Origin: a virus
Taxonomy: Duplodnaviria; Caudoviricetes
Strand: one strand, 5' to 3'
Virus record (IMG/VR): IMGVR_UViG_3300030606_000039
Coordinates: 1-26,911 of that record
Length of the DNA stretch: 26,911 bases
Positions 1-8,826 of this stretch are shown piece by piece. The position numbers and the translations under genes are program-made. The notes beneath the pieces are model-generated. The model was not told where the DNA came from. It did no database searches and saw only the letters and a program-made list of their open reading frames with translations. Within the stretch, counting starts at the first letter, position 1, and each line of letters opens with the position of its first letter.

Positions 1-194
1 ACGAGGGCCTATCGACGCTCGACGAAGAGACGGCCGCGATGACCGGCGGCGACTGGGAAGTAAACCACCACCAACGCGTCCGTGAACACAACGCCCGCAA
101 GGAAGCCGGCCTGCTGCCGACCGCCAACGCGGCGACAGACGACGAAGACGCCGACCAGCGCGACCAGCTGATCGCCGCGGGAGGTGTCGGATGA
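1..194 (+). CDS. Phage portal protein, lambda gpB-like, 3' end (partial)
   Basis: Frame from nt 3 reads EGLSTLDEETAAMTGGDWEVNHHQRVREHNARKEAGL, like the C-terminus of lambda-family portals. Its TGA (192-194) overlaps the ATG of the protease gene. Confidence 0.8.
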   Translation, partial: EGLSTLDEETAAMTGGDWEVNHHQRVREHNARKEAGLLPTANAATDDEDADQRDQLIAAGGVG

Positions 195-1513
195 GGGCGT
201 TCAACGCGATCGTTTCCCAGCCGTGGGTGATCCTGCCCGAGCGCTTGCAACTCATGCTGCGCGTTGCTTCCCGTGACATCAGCGAAGCCGAGCAGCAGCA
301 GCTCATAGCGCGGTTCGCGCCGATCGAGCCGAAGGCCGTTGCAGCTCGGCTAGCGCAGCCGCTGAAGGGCACGGAGACGGTCGGGCTGCGCGGTAACGTC
401 GCGATCGTCCCTATCGTTGGACCGATCTTCCGCCGCGCCGACTTCTTCACGCGGATCAGTGGCGCAACAGACATCGACACGCTCGCCACGGATTTCACTG
501 CCGCAGTGGACTCTCCGGATGTAGCCGCGATCCTGCTCGAGATCGACAGCCCGGGCGGCGAAGTGAACGGCGTCCAGGAGTTCGCGGACATGATCTTCGC
601 CGCGCGCTCGAAGAAGCCGGTTGTCTCCTACGTGAGCGGCATGGCCGCGTCCGGCGGATACTGGATCGCAAGCGCGGCCGATTCGATCATCGCAGCGCCC
701 ACAGCAATGCTCGGCAGCATCGGCGTGGTCATGGCCTGGACCGACTTCTCCGGTGCGGAGCAGATGGAAGGGATCCGCACGATCGAGATCGTTTCGACGC
801 TCTCGCCGAAGAAGCGACCGGACCCCGAGACGACCGAAGGCCGCGCGCAGGTGCTCCGCGTGATCGACGACCTGGCCGAAGTCTTCGTCGGCGCACTCGC
901 TCGCAATCGCGCCACCACCCGCGCCGCGGTCCTGGAGCAATTCGGCGGTGGCGACATCATGATCTCCGGCCGCGCGATCGCCGCTGGAATGGCGGACTCA
1001 CTCGGCAGCTTCGAGCACACAATGGAAGTCATCGCTGAGCGCGGCCGTACCGGCCGTCGCGCTGCGCCTTCAGTGCCACCGCACACGACCACGAGCGCCG
1101 ACGGCGCACTCACTTCGGAGGATTCCATGCCCGATACCACAGCGACCGTCGAAGCGCCGGTCATCACGCTCGACTTTCTCGCCGAGCACCACGCGGACCT
1201 GCTCGCGCAGATCCGGACGACCGCAGCGACCGCCGAGCGCGAGCGCATCCTCGGCATCCAGAAGATCACGCCGAAGGGCCACGAGGCGCTGGCGGCCACG
1301 CTCGTCGCGGATCCGGCCTGCACGGTCGAGGCCGCGAGCGTGAAGCTGCTCGCCGCACTGAGCACCGGCGAGAGCGCGTACATGCGCGACGTGGCCGCCG
1401 AGGGCGCGGAGACCGAGGACGTGGCGCCGGGCGCCGACGGCCAGTTCGACAGCGCGGACCGCGCGATCGCGTTCGTGATGGGCGCGGGCCGAGTCGCCGC
1501 GCGGGCCAACTGA
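191..1513 (+). CDS. S49 (SppA-like) capsid maturation protease with C-terminal scaffold region, lambda gpC-like
   Basis: Motifs LEIDSPGG, AASGGYWIASAAD and GSIGV. Helical C-terminus with ERERILGI. Lies between portal and decoration/capsid genes. Confidence 0.92.
   Translation: MRAFNAIVSQPWVILPERLQLMLRVASRDISEAEQQQLIARFAPIEPKAVAARLAQPLKGTETVGLRGNVAIVPIVGPIFRRADFFTRISGATDIDTLATDFTAAVDSPDVAAILLEIDSPGGEVNGVQEFADMIFAARSKKPVVSYVSGMAASGGYWIASAADSIIAAPTAMLGSIGVVMAWTDFSGAEQMEGIRTIEIVSTLSPKKRPDPETTEGRAQVLRVIDDLAEVFVGALARNRATTRAAVLEQFGGGDIMISGRAIAAGMADSLGSFEHTMEVIAERGRTGRRAAPSVPPHTTTSADGALTSEDSMPDTTATVEAPVITLDFLAEHHADLLAQIRTTAATAERERILGIQKITPKGHEALAATLVADPACTVEAASVKLLAALSTGESAYMRDVAAEGAETEDVAPGADGQFDSADRAIAFVMGAGRVAARAN
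1127..1513 (+). CDS. Nested in-frame scaffolding protein (lambda Nu3-like), 128 aa
   Basis: GGAGGA at 1117-1122, then an in-frame ATG at 1127 (MPDTTATVEAP...), just after a low-complexity linker that follows the protease domain. Confidence 0.72.
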   Translation: MPDTTATVEAPVITLDFLAEHHADLLAQIRTTAATAERERILGIQKITPKGHEALAATLVADPACTVEAASVKLLAALSTGESAYMRDVAAEGAETEDVAPGADGQFDSADRAIAFVMGAGRVAARAN

Positions 1514-1557
1514 GCAGGACGAGCGAAGCGATTTCACGATCACCAGGAGACAGAACA

Positions 1558-1935
1558 ATGCCGACTCCGAGTTTTTCGAGCGAAACCTTCGCTCACGACG
1601 ACAAGCTTTACGCGGGCGAGTACCCGAGGGTCACCGAGACCGTCACGATCCTGAGCGGCCAGACCATCGCGAAGGGCGCGGTGCTCGGCCGCATCACGTC
1701 CGGCGGCAAGTACATCCTGTCGCTGTCCGCGGCCGGCGATGGCTCGGAAGTGCCGCGCGCGATCGCCGCGGACAACATCGACGCGTCGGCGGGTGACAAG
1801 ATCGGGCCGGTCTTCCTGAGCGGCGAATTCAACCAGGACGGCCTCACGATCGGCACTGCCCACACGGTCGCGACGATCAAGGATGGCCTGCGCGCGCTCA
1901 ACATCTACCTGAAGACGGTCGTGCAGCAGACCTGA
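1558..1935 (+). CDS. Head decoration protein (lambda gpD-like family)
   Basis: 125 aa with GQTIAKGAVLGRIT, DGSEVPRAI and SGEFN motifs. AGGAG SD. Immediately upstream of the capsid gene. Confidence 0.88.
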   Translation: MPTPSFSSETFAHDDKLYAGEYPRVTETVTILSGQTIAKGAVLGRITSGGKYILSLSAAGDGSEVPRAIAADNIDASAGDKIGPVFLSGEFNQDGLTIGTAHTVATIKDGLRALNIYLKTVVQQT

Positions 1936-1972
1936 GCCGAACCCGGACCAATCCTCTGAGGAGAGCGGAACA

Positions 1973-3025
1973 ATGGCCATCGACATGTACAGCACCCACG
2001 TCCTGCGAGGCGTCGTCCGGAGTCTTCCGCAGCCGCCGTCGTTCTTCCTGGACAACTTCTTCCCGCAGGTACAGGAAGAGGAGTCCGAGGAGATCCACTT
2101 CGACGTCGAGGTGGGCGGGCGCCGGATCACACCGTTCGTCAGCCCGCTCGTCGCCGGCAAGGTCGTCCAGAACCGCGGGTTCCAGACGAAGACCTTCAAG
2201 CCGGCGTACGCGAAGGACAAGCGGCACATCCAGCCGAATCAGCCGCACAAGCGGGTGATCGGTGAGGCGATCGGTGGCAGCATGTCGAACATGGAGCGCC
2301 GTGCGGCCGTCGTCCGCGACACAATCGCGGACCAGCTCGAGATGCTGACCCGCCGCGAGGAGGTCATGGCCGCCGAGGTCTTGCTCACGGGCAAGGTGAC
2401 GGTGGCGGGCGACGGGTTCGCCACGACGGTGGTCGACTTCGGCCGCGCGGCGGGCCTGACGGTCGCCGCGCTGACGGGCGACGATCGCTGGAGTGTCGAC
2501 ATCGCTGCCAGCAACCCGCTCGAGGACATCGAAGCGTGGGGCACCCTGATCCAGTCGAACGGCGGCGGTGTCGCCACGGACGTCGTGTTCAAGCCCGACG
2601 CATGGGCGGCGTTCCGCACGCGGCTCATCGCCCGCGGCGAGGCGGCCCTGCTCTTCGACTTCATGCGGACCGGTGGCTCGTCCGCGCAGTTCGCACCCGT
2701 CATGCGCGATGAGCGGGCGAAGTTCGTCGGCCAGATCGACATGCTCAACCTGTGGGTCTACGACGACACGTACGTCAACGACGCCGGCTCGACGGTCAAC
2801 CTGCTGCCGACGGCCGGCAGCGTGGTCATGGTCAGCCGACCGAACATCCTCGGCGCGCGGGCCTATGGCATGATCCAGGACGAGAAGGCCGGCTACAGGG
2901 CGACGCGCTTCTTCGTGAAGAGCTGGCTCGAGGAGGACCCGGCCGTTCGCTGGATCCTGCTCCAGACGGCGCCGCTCGTCGTGCCGTACCGGCCGAACGC
3001 GTCGCTGTCTGTGGTCGTGCTGTAG
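1973..3025 (+). CDS. Major capsid protein (lambda gpE family)
   Basis: 350 aa with FFLDNFF, ITPFVSPLVAGK, FKPAYAKDK, RREEVMAAEVL and QTAPLVVP motifs typical of gpE-type capsids. GAGGAG SD. Confidence 0.95.
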   Translation: MAIDMYSTHVLRGVVRSLPQPPSFFLDNFFPQVQEEESEEIHFDVEVGGRRITPFVSPLVAGKVVQNRGFQTKTFKPAYAKDKRHIQPNQPHKRVIGEAIGGSMSNMERRAAVVRDTIADQLEMLTRREEVMAAEVLLTGKVTVAGDGFATTVVDFGRAAGLTVAALTGDDRWSVDIAASNPLEDIEAWGTLIQSNGGGVATDVVFKPDAWAAFRTRLIARGEAALLFDFMRTGGSSAQFAPVMRDERAKFVGQIDMLNLWVYDDTYVNDAGSTVNLLPTAGSVVMVSRPNILGARAYGMIQDEKAGYRATRFFVKSWLEEDPAVRWILLQTAPLVVPYRPNASLSVVVL

Positions 3026-3051
3026 CGCGCCGCTCAGATCCGGAGGAGCGC

Positions 3052-3273
3052 ATGGATGTCCAGGCGATCAACACGATCAAGCATCGGGGCACGTACCACG
3101 CACCCGGTGCGATCATCGCGGACGTGGATCCCGAGACCGGCGCTGCCTGGATCGCCGCGGGGAACGCGGTTCGTGTGGCGGCCGCCAAGCCGGTCGAAGA
3201 TGAGCCGGCCCGTACACCGGAGCCGGCCGCGAAGAAGAGCGCCGCGACGAAGAGCCGCGCGAGGAAGAAGTGA
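3052..3273 (+). CDS. Small basic-tailed head-associated protein (position of lambda gpFI), 73 aa
   Basis: GGAGGAG SD then ATG 3052. MDVQAINTIKHRGTYHAPG... with a Lys/Ala/Pro-rich tail. The longer ORF call from 2752 overlaps the capsid gene and is unlikely. Confidence 0.7.
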   Translation: MDVQAINTIKHRGTYHAPGAIIADVDPETGAAWIAAGNAVRVAAAKPVEDEPARTPEPAAKKSAATKSRARKK

Positions 3274-3276
3274 CCG

Positions 3277-3651
3277 ATGCCCGTCGTGACACCGTACCGG
3301 GCGACCGTCTACCGCCGGCAGGCGGGCTCGTCGACGGTGACGCCCGGCTGGGAGGAGGTCTTCAGCCTGTTCGATGTGCCGATGGACCTGCAGTTGTCCG
3401 GCGGCCAGGTCGCGAGCGGGCGGTCGGTTTCGGCCGTGGGCGTGGTGATCCGGTCGGTGCAGCTCGCGTTCGTCGCGACCGGCCTCGACATCCGCGAGCA
3501 CGACGGGATCTCGGTGACGAAACGCGAGGTGGACGGCGTGCCTCAACCGCTTCCCGACGGCCCGCGCAACTACACGGTGATCCGTGCCGAGGACTGGGGC
3601 GAGCCCGGCGACCTGGAGCTCCAGATGGACCGTTTCACGGGGAACTTCTGA
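3277..3651 (+). CDS. Putative head-closure / head-tail joining protein
   Basis: 124 aa, beta-rich, with ATVYRR, LDIREHDGI and YTVIRAEDW patterns. Neck position. Confidence 0.6.
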   Translation: MPVVTPYRATVYRRQAGSSTVTPGWEEVFSLFDVPMDLQLSGGQVASGRSVSAVGVVIRSVQLAFVATGLDIREHDGISVTKREVDGVPQPLPDGPRNYTVIRAEDWGEPGDLELQMDRFTGNF

Positions 3652-4043
3652 TGGCTCGCAACCGCGGCAGGACGCGCATCACCGGCGTGGCGGAAGTGAC
3701 GCGCAACCTCCAGAAGATGGAGGACGCCGTGACGTCTGCCGCGGCCGACGAGATCGGCCGGATCGCCGGCGACGTTGCGGCCACGGCGCGGCGAACCGTG
3801 CCGTACGTGACGGGCTACCTGCAATCACGGATCCGCGACCGCAAGCTACCCGGCGCGCGAGACGTGAAGGGCTCGGCGCGCGAGGTGATCGACGACGCCG
3901 AGTACGCGCTCTACGTGCACGAGGGCACCGCGCGATCGAGGGCGCATCCGTTCCTGCGCAATGCGCTCGACGTGGAGCGGCCGCACATCGAACGGCGGGT
4001 CAGCAGTGCCATGGAAGACGCCATGCAGCGTGAATCGCTATGA
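3651..4043 (+). CDS. HK97 gp10-like neck/tail-completion protein, 130 aa
   Basis: ATG 3651 overlaps the upstream TGA. Motifs ITGVAEVTRNL, VPYVTGYLQSRI, EYALYVHEGT and HPFLRNAL. Confidence 0.85.
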   Translation: MARNRGRTRITGVAEVTRNLQKMEDAVTSAAADEIGRIAGDVAATARRTVPYVTGYLQSRIRDRKLPGARDVKGSAREVIDDAEYALYVHEGTARSRAHPFLRNALDVERPHIERRVSSAMEDAMQRESL

Positions 4044-4435
4044 CGACGTTCACAACGCTGCCGGAGCTGCACCTGTGGGTGCTCGATCTGCTCGAGGGGA
4101 CCCCGTTCGCGGCGCGCGAGGAGCTGCCAGCCGCGAACGCCGATGCCCGGCCGTACTTCCTCGTCGCCGAAGTGACCGAACTCGCGAGCGGCAACCGGTT
4201 CGGCGCGTCCGGCGCGGCGCCCGAGTTCGCGGTCCGAGCATACAGCGCCGATGAATCGGGCCGCGAGATCGCAGCCATGGTCCGCGCGGCCCGGGCGGTG
4301 ATCGATGGTCAGACGTTCAGCGGGCCCGGTTACGCGACGGCCCGTGCGCGCTGGGTCGACACACAGACCGTAGCGGATCCGGAGGGCGGCACGCAGGTCG
4401 TCATCCGGTACCGGATCCAGGCGAACGCAACATGA
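4040..4435 (+). CDS. Putative tail terminator protein (DUF3168-like)
   Basis: 131 aa, ATGA-coupled. PYFLVAE and FAVRAYS patterns. Sits between the gp10-like gene and the tail tube. Confidence 0.65.
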   Translation: MTTFTTLPELHLWVLDLLEGTPFAAREELPAANADARPYFLVAEVTELASGNRFGASGAAPEFAVRAYSADESGREIAAMVRAARAVIDGQTFSGPGYATARARWVDTQTVADPEGGTQVVIRYRIQANAT

Positions 4436-4617
4436 GCGACGGCGCAGAGAAGGTCGGTCAGGCGATGCGCCTGCTCATCGGAGCCCAGGAGTCGGTAAAG
4501 ATGGCGATTGTGCTCCTGGCCGATGCGCAACAGCAGGAAAAGCGAAGCGAGCAACCACGCGTGTTCGGCGCACCCGGACCGACGGAGCCGCCCGAGGACG
4601 AACGCACACTTTCGTGA
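4432..4617 (+). CDS. Hypothetical protein, 61 aa
   Basis: ATGA-coupled to the upstream gene and fills the gap exactly to the tail tube SD. Confidence 0.6.
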   Translation: MSDGAEKVGQAMRLLIGAQESVKMAIVLLADAQQQEKRSEQPRVFGAPGPTEPPEDERTLS

Positions 4618-4625
4618 GGTGAACG

Positions 4626-5069
4626 ATGGCGAACTGGGACAGCCTTCTTACCAAGGTCTACGTGGCCCCGACCATAGTGACGCCGTTCACGTGGTCGCTC
4701 GTCGGCGGCATCCGCGGGTTCGATCACACGGACGGCAACGAGGGCGAGACGCGGCAGCGCGTCTTCGGCCAGGCCGCGGCGATTGTCAAGGCCGGCTCGC
4801 CGAACAGCGAGTACTCGTTCGACATGCTCTACGACCCGACCGACACGAACGGCCAAGTAGTGCTCCGCGCGGCGAAAGCCTCTCAGGCCGACGTCGAGAT
4901 CGCCATCGTCAACGGCGCCACCGCCGGCGCCGAAGAAGGCTGGCACGAGACCGTGAAGGTGACGGAGTTCACGGTGTCGGACGAGGCCGATGGCAGCTTC
5001 GCCGAAGGCAGCCTGTCGCTGATCGGCGACACGGCCAAGACCACGTTCACCGGAGGCAAGCCCGTATGA
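4626..5069 (+). CDS. Major tail (tube) protein
   Basis: 147 aa, GAGGT SD. YDPTDTNGQVVLRAA motif resembles siphovirus tube proteins. Directly precedes the chaperone and TMP genes. Confidence 0.8.
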   Translation: MANWDSLLTKVYVAPTIVTPFTWSLVGGIRGFDHTDGNEGETRQRVFGQAAAIVKAGSPNSEYSFDMLYDPTDTNGQVVLRAAKASQADVEIAIVNGATAGAEEGWHETVKVTEFTVSDEADGSFAEGSLSLIGDTAKTTFTGGKPV

Positions 5070-5425
5070 GCGACGCCATCCGCGCGAAGATATTCGACCA
5101 GCTCAAGAAGTCGCCGAGGCGCGTCCGCAAGCAGATCTACGATTTCATGGGCGTCGAAGTCGAACTGCGCAGCCTCTCCCTGGAGTCCGCGGAGCGCCTC
5201 GGTGTCTTCGACGAGGGCAAGACGTCCACGCAGGAGCAGGTCTGGAAGGCCGCGCTCGAAAGCGTCTATGCCCCCGGCACGGATGTCCTCGTGTTCGTCG
5301 ACTCACCGGAGCAGCGGACCGAGTTCCGCCAGTTCCCGATCGACGAGATCAACAACCTGCTGCGGGCCATCCTCGACGTATCCGGACTGAACAAGGAGGC
5401 GCAGGCCGAGACGGGAAAAGTCTGA
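5066..5425 (+). CDS. Tail assembly chaperone (gpG-like), 119 aa
   Basis: GGAGG SD and ATGA overlap at 5066. MSDAIRAKIF...GVEVELRSLS...AETGKV, ending on a slippery heptamer. Confidence 0.85.
   Translation: MSDAIRAKIFDQLKKSPRRVRKQIYDFMGVEVELRSLSLESAERLGVFDEGKTSTQEQVWKAALESVYAPGTDVLVFVDSPEQRTEFRQFPIDEINNLLRAILDVSGLNKEAQAETGKV
5413..5419 (+). promoter_or_regulatory. Programmed -1 ribosomal frameshift site G GGA AAA
   Basis: X XXY YYZ heptamer in the correct phase (ACG GGA AAA GTC TGA), two codons before the stop. The -1 frame is open to 5586. Confidence 0.88.
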
Positions 5426-5586
5426 GGCACGACGCCGTTGTGTTCCTGAAGCATCAGATCGCCGAGACCATCGGCCGGACAGTGGAGGAAGTCGAACGCA
5501 TGAGCACGAACGAGTTCGTCCACTGGGCGATGTACTTCGTGGAGAAGGCGCGGCGCGAGGCTCGGGCAACCCGTCGAAAGAAGTAG
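5413..5586 (+). CDS. Frameshift extension of the tail chaperone (gpT-like; gpGT about 173 aa)
   Basis: The -1 frame reads KSLRHDAVVFLKHQIAETIGRTVEEVERMSTNEFVHWAMYFVEKARREARATRRKK*, the typical gpT-like pattern. Absent from the ORF track. Confidence 0.85.
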   Translation, partial: GKSLRHDAVVFLKHQIAETIGRTVEEVERMSTNEFVHWAMYFVEKARREARATRRKK

Positions 5587-5592
5587 CGCGCC

Positions 5593-8500
5593 ATGGCGTT
5601 CGACGTTGGCGCGATCTCCGTCCGCATCACCGCGGACATTTCCGACCTCTCCCGCCAGTTCAGCCGCGGGCTCCGCGAGATCGACCGCTCGGTCAAGGGC
5701 TTCAGTGACGTCGGCAAGGAGCTGACGAAGGCCATCACCATCCCGATCGCGGCGCTGGGCATCGCGACCACGCTCGCGGCGGTAGACTTCGAACAGGCGA
5801 TGGCGGGCGTCGCGAAGACCGTCGACGAGCCCGCCTCGGAGATCGCTCGGCTCGGCCGGGAGTTCATCGCCCTCAGTGACACGATCCCGGCATCGGCTGT
5901 AGCGCTCGCGACGGTCGGCCAGGCCGCCGGCCAGCTCGGCATCGAAACGAAAAACATCCTCGGTTTCACGAAGGTGATGACCGACCTGGGCGTCTCGACG
6001 AACCTCTCGGCCGAGGATGCCGCTGTCGCGCTCGCCCGGCTCGCGAACATCACGCAGCTCCCGCAGGACCAGTTCGACCGGCTCGGATCCACGGTCGTTG
6101 CGCTCGGCAACAACCTCGCAACGACGGAGCGCGAGATCGTCGAGATGGGACTCCGCATTGCGGGTGCGGGCAAGGTCGTCGGTCTCACGCAGGCCCAGAT
6201 CCTCGCGTTCGCTGGCGCGCTGTCGTCGGTCGGCGTCGAAGCGCAGGCGGGCGGCACCTCGATCAGCCGGGCGTTCGTCAAGATCGCGTCCGCGGTCCGG
6301 GCGGGCGGCGACGATCTCGCCGGGTTCGCGCGCGTGGCCGGCGTGTCCTCAGCCGAGTTCGCCAGGGCGTTCGAGGAGGATGCGGCCGGCGCGACCGTGT
6401 CATTCATCGAGGGACTCGGCCGCATCAATGACGCCGGCGGCGACGTGTTCAAGACGCTCGATGATCTCTCGCTCGGCGAGATCCGCGTCCGGGACGCGTT
6501 GCTGCGTGCTTCCGGTGCCGGCGACCTGTTCCGGCGCTCTCTCGAGCTGGGCAACGTCGCGTGGCGCGAGAACACGGCGCTCACGAAGGAAGCGGCGCTG
6601 TTCTACGGGACGACTAAGAATCAGCTGGCCATCCTGAAGAATCAGGTCGTGAATACCGCGATCGCGTTCGGCCAGCAGCTGCTGCCGGCGGTCCACGCTT
6701 CCATCGGCGTGCTCTCGGGTGCGATCGGCGTGATCCGCTCCGCCGTGAACGTGTTCGCCGAACTGCCCGCCGGGGTCCGCAACAGCGTCGTCGCGTTCTT
6801 CGGGCTCGTGGCCGCGATCGGCCCCCTGCTCGTTGGTCTGGCGGCGATGGCGAAGGCGTTCGCGGTCGTGAAGCTCGCGGCCACTCTCCTGACCGGCGCG
6901 CTGGGACTGTCCGGGCTGGCCGGCCTGCTTGTGCCCGGCGGTGCGATCATCGCCGGCCTGAGCATCCTGATCGGCCTGTTCATCACGGCGAAGTCGAAGG
7001 CGCGTGAGGCCGCCCTTGGCATGAACGCGCTGACGGCCTCGCTGCGGCAGTTCGATGTCGGCTCGGCCACCACGGAGATCGGCAAGCTCGAGCAGCAGAT
7101 CCGCAGTCTCGAAACCGAACAGCAGCGGTTGCTCGATCTCGCCAAGCGATACGGCGAGGAGTCGAAGCTCGGCAAGATATTCCGGCAGGAAGCATCGGAC
7201 GTCGAGCTGTCCGCCGGTGTGCTGAAACTCGAACTGGGCGACGTGCGCAAGAACCTCGAAGAACTCAGTGCCGTTCCGCCGATCAACATCGACATCGGCG
7301 TTGACGGGATCGACGAGCTGAAGAATGCGACGAAGCGGGTTTCGAACTTCCGCGTGGATACCGTCGCGGCCTTCGAGATCGTCCGCGAGAAGCACCGCGA
7401 CCTGGTCCGCCAGATCCGCGACATGGAGATCGACCTGCGGTTCGCGTCTAGCAAGGAAGCAGCGAACCGGCTCGGCCAGGAACTCGACTTCGCTCGCGCG
7501 AAGGCGCAGGCGATGGCCGATGAACTCGCTCGCGCGCCCGAAGAGTTGCGCCGCCTGATCGATCTCACCAGCCGCTTCAGCCTGCCGAAGATCGAAGTGG
7601 TCGGACCGAGCGTGAAGGGCGCGCAGGGCGGCGTGATCGGCCTCGACCCGATCAGCCTCGAGCCGGTCAAGGCGTTCAGCGACGTTCTCGTGCGCACGGT
7701 GCCGCGGATCCATGCACTCGGCACGCGCACAGAAGAGACGACAGGCTGGCTCGGCGCATTCGTCGACGGTCTCACGGCGAGCGACGAGGAGTTCAAGCGC
7801 TCCCGGGCCTCGCTTTCGGGCTTCGGCCGCATCGCCGCAGACGTCGGCCGGGGACTCAGAACGGCGTTCGAGGCGGTGTTCGGGTTCGCGTCCGACATGG
7901 GCAAGAAGCTGATCAACCTCTTCAATCCGCTCACGATTGCCGGCACCGTTCTGGATCAGGCCTTCCGCGATGCGACGGGCACTCTCAACGAGCAGTTCAA
8001 GGCGTCGGTCGAGCGGATCGCGGGCGTCATCGGCGATGCATTGCAGCCGGTCCTCGAGGCCATGATCCCGGTCTTCGACGCGATCACTCCGATCATACGG
8101 GAGCTGGCGCCGCTCCTGTCGGCCGTCGCACAGATTTTCGCCGCACTGTTCAAGGCCGTGGCGCCGATCCTGCAAGCCGTTGTGCCGCTGCTCCGCGGGA
8201 TGTTCCCGATCTTCAAGTTCGTGGCCATCATCGCTACGTACCTCGGCCAGGCGTTCGCGCTGGCCGCCCGGATCGTGCTGACCGTGATCGGCTTCTTCGC
8301 GAAGGCGGTAGGCACGGTCATCGAGGCCATCGGCAAGGCGATCGACAAGCTCCCCTTCATTAGCGGCAAGAGCATCATCAACGCCGGCCGCGACATCAAG
8401 AACTTCGGCAGCGAGGCGTTCAAGAGTGCCGCACTGATGAATGACGCCTTCCACGAGCTCGGGGAGGCGCGCGAAGAGATCAAGAAAATCGAGCTCGAGG

Positions 8501-8826
8501 ATCCGGCCGAGGAGGCGGGCAAGTCGATCGACGAAATGGGCGACGCTGCCAGTGATGCCGCGGTCGCTCTGTGGGAACTGAGCCAGTCCGCCCGCAACGC
8601 GCGGATCCGCGAAGAGTCGACCCAGCCTCCGGAAACGGTCGAGCCGTCGAAAGCCGAGCAGACGACGATCACCGTCGACAGCGTCGTGTCGGTTCCGGGT
8701 GGCATCACGATCTTCACGTCGGGCGACGGCCCGGAGACGTACGACGCGTTCCGCGCCGAGCTGCTCCGCCGTACGCGCGCCGGCAGCCCCGAGGCGCAGG
8801 CCCTGGCGGACCTGTTCCCCGCATGA
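5593..8826 (+). CDS. Tail tape measure protein (TP901-type core), 1077 aa
   Basis: ISVRITADISDL start, DFEQAMAGVAKT, LGNNLATTEREI and AQAGGTSISR motifs, and amphipathic Ala/Leu-rich repeats. Follows the chaperones. Confidence 0.95.
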   Translation: MAFDVGAISVRITADISDLSRQFSRGLREIDRSVKGFSDVGKELTKAITIPIAALGIATTLAAVDFEQAMAGVAKTVDEPASEIARLGREFIALSDTIPASAVALATVGQAAGQLGIETKNILGFTKVMTDLGVSTNLSAEDAAVALARLANITQLPQDQFDRLGSTVVALGNNLATTEREIVEMGLRIAGAGKVVGLTQAQILAFAGALSSVGVEAQAGGTSISRAFVKIASAVRAGGDDLAGFARVAGVSSAEFARAFEEDAAGATVSFIEGLGRINDAGGDVFKTLDDLSLGEIRVRDALLRASGAGDLFRRSLELGNVAWRENTALTKEAALFYGTTKNQLAILKNQVVNTAIAFGQQLLPAVHASIGVLSGAIGVIRSAVNVFAELPAGVRNSVVAFFGLVAAIGPLLVGLAAMAKAFAVVKLAATLLTGALGLSGLAGLLVPGGAIIAGLSILIGLFITAKSKAREAALGMNALTASLRQFDVGSATTEIGKLEQQIRSLETEQQRLLDLAKRYGEESKLGKIFRQEASDVELSAGVLKLELGDVRKNLEELSAVPPINIDIGVDGIDELKNATKRVSNFRVDTVAAFEIVREKHRDLVRQIRDMEIDLRFASSKEAANRLGQELDFARAKAQAMADELARAPEELRRLIDLTSRFSLPKIEVVGPSVKGAQGGVIGLDPISLEPVKAFSDVLVRTVPRIHALGTRTEETTGWLGAFVDGLTASDEEFKRSRASLSGFGRIAADVGRGLRTAFEAVFGFASDMGKKLINLFNPLTIAGTVLDQAFRDATGTLNEQFKASVERIAGVIGDALQPVLEAMIPVFDAITPIIRELAPLLSAVAQIFAALFKAVAPILQAVVPLLRGMFPIFKFVAIIATYLGQAFALAARIVLTVIGFFAKAVGTVIEAIGKAIDKLPFISGKSIINAGRDIKNFGSEAFKSAALMNDAFHELGEAREEIKKIELEDPAEEAGKSIDEMGDAASDAAVALWELSQSARNARIREESTQPPETVEPSKAEQTTITVDSVVSVPGGITIFTSGDGPETYDAFRAELLRRTRAGSPEAQALADLFPA

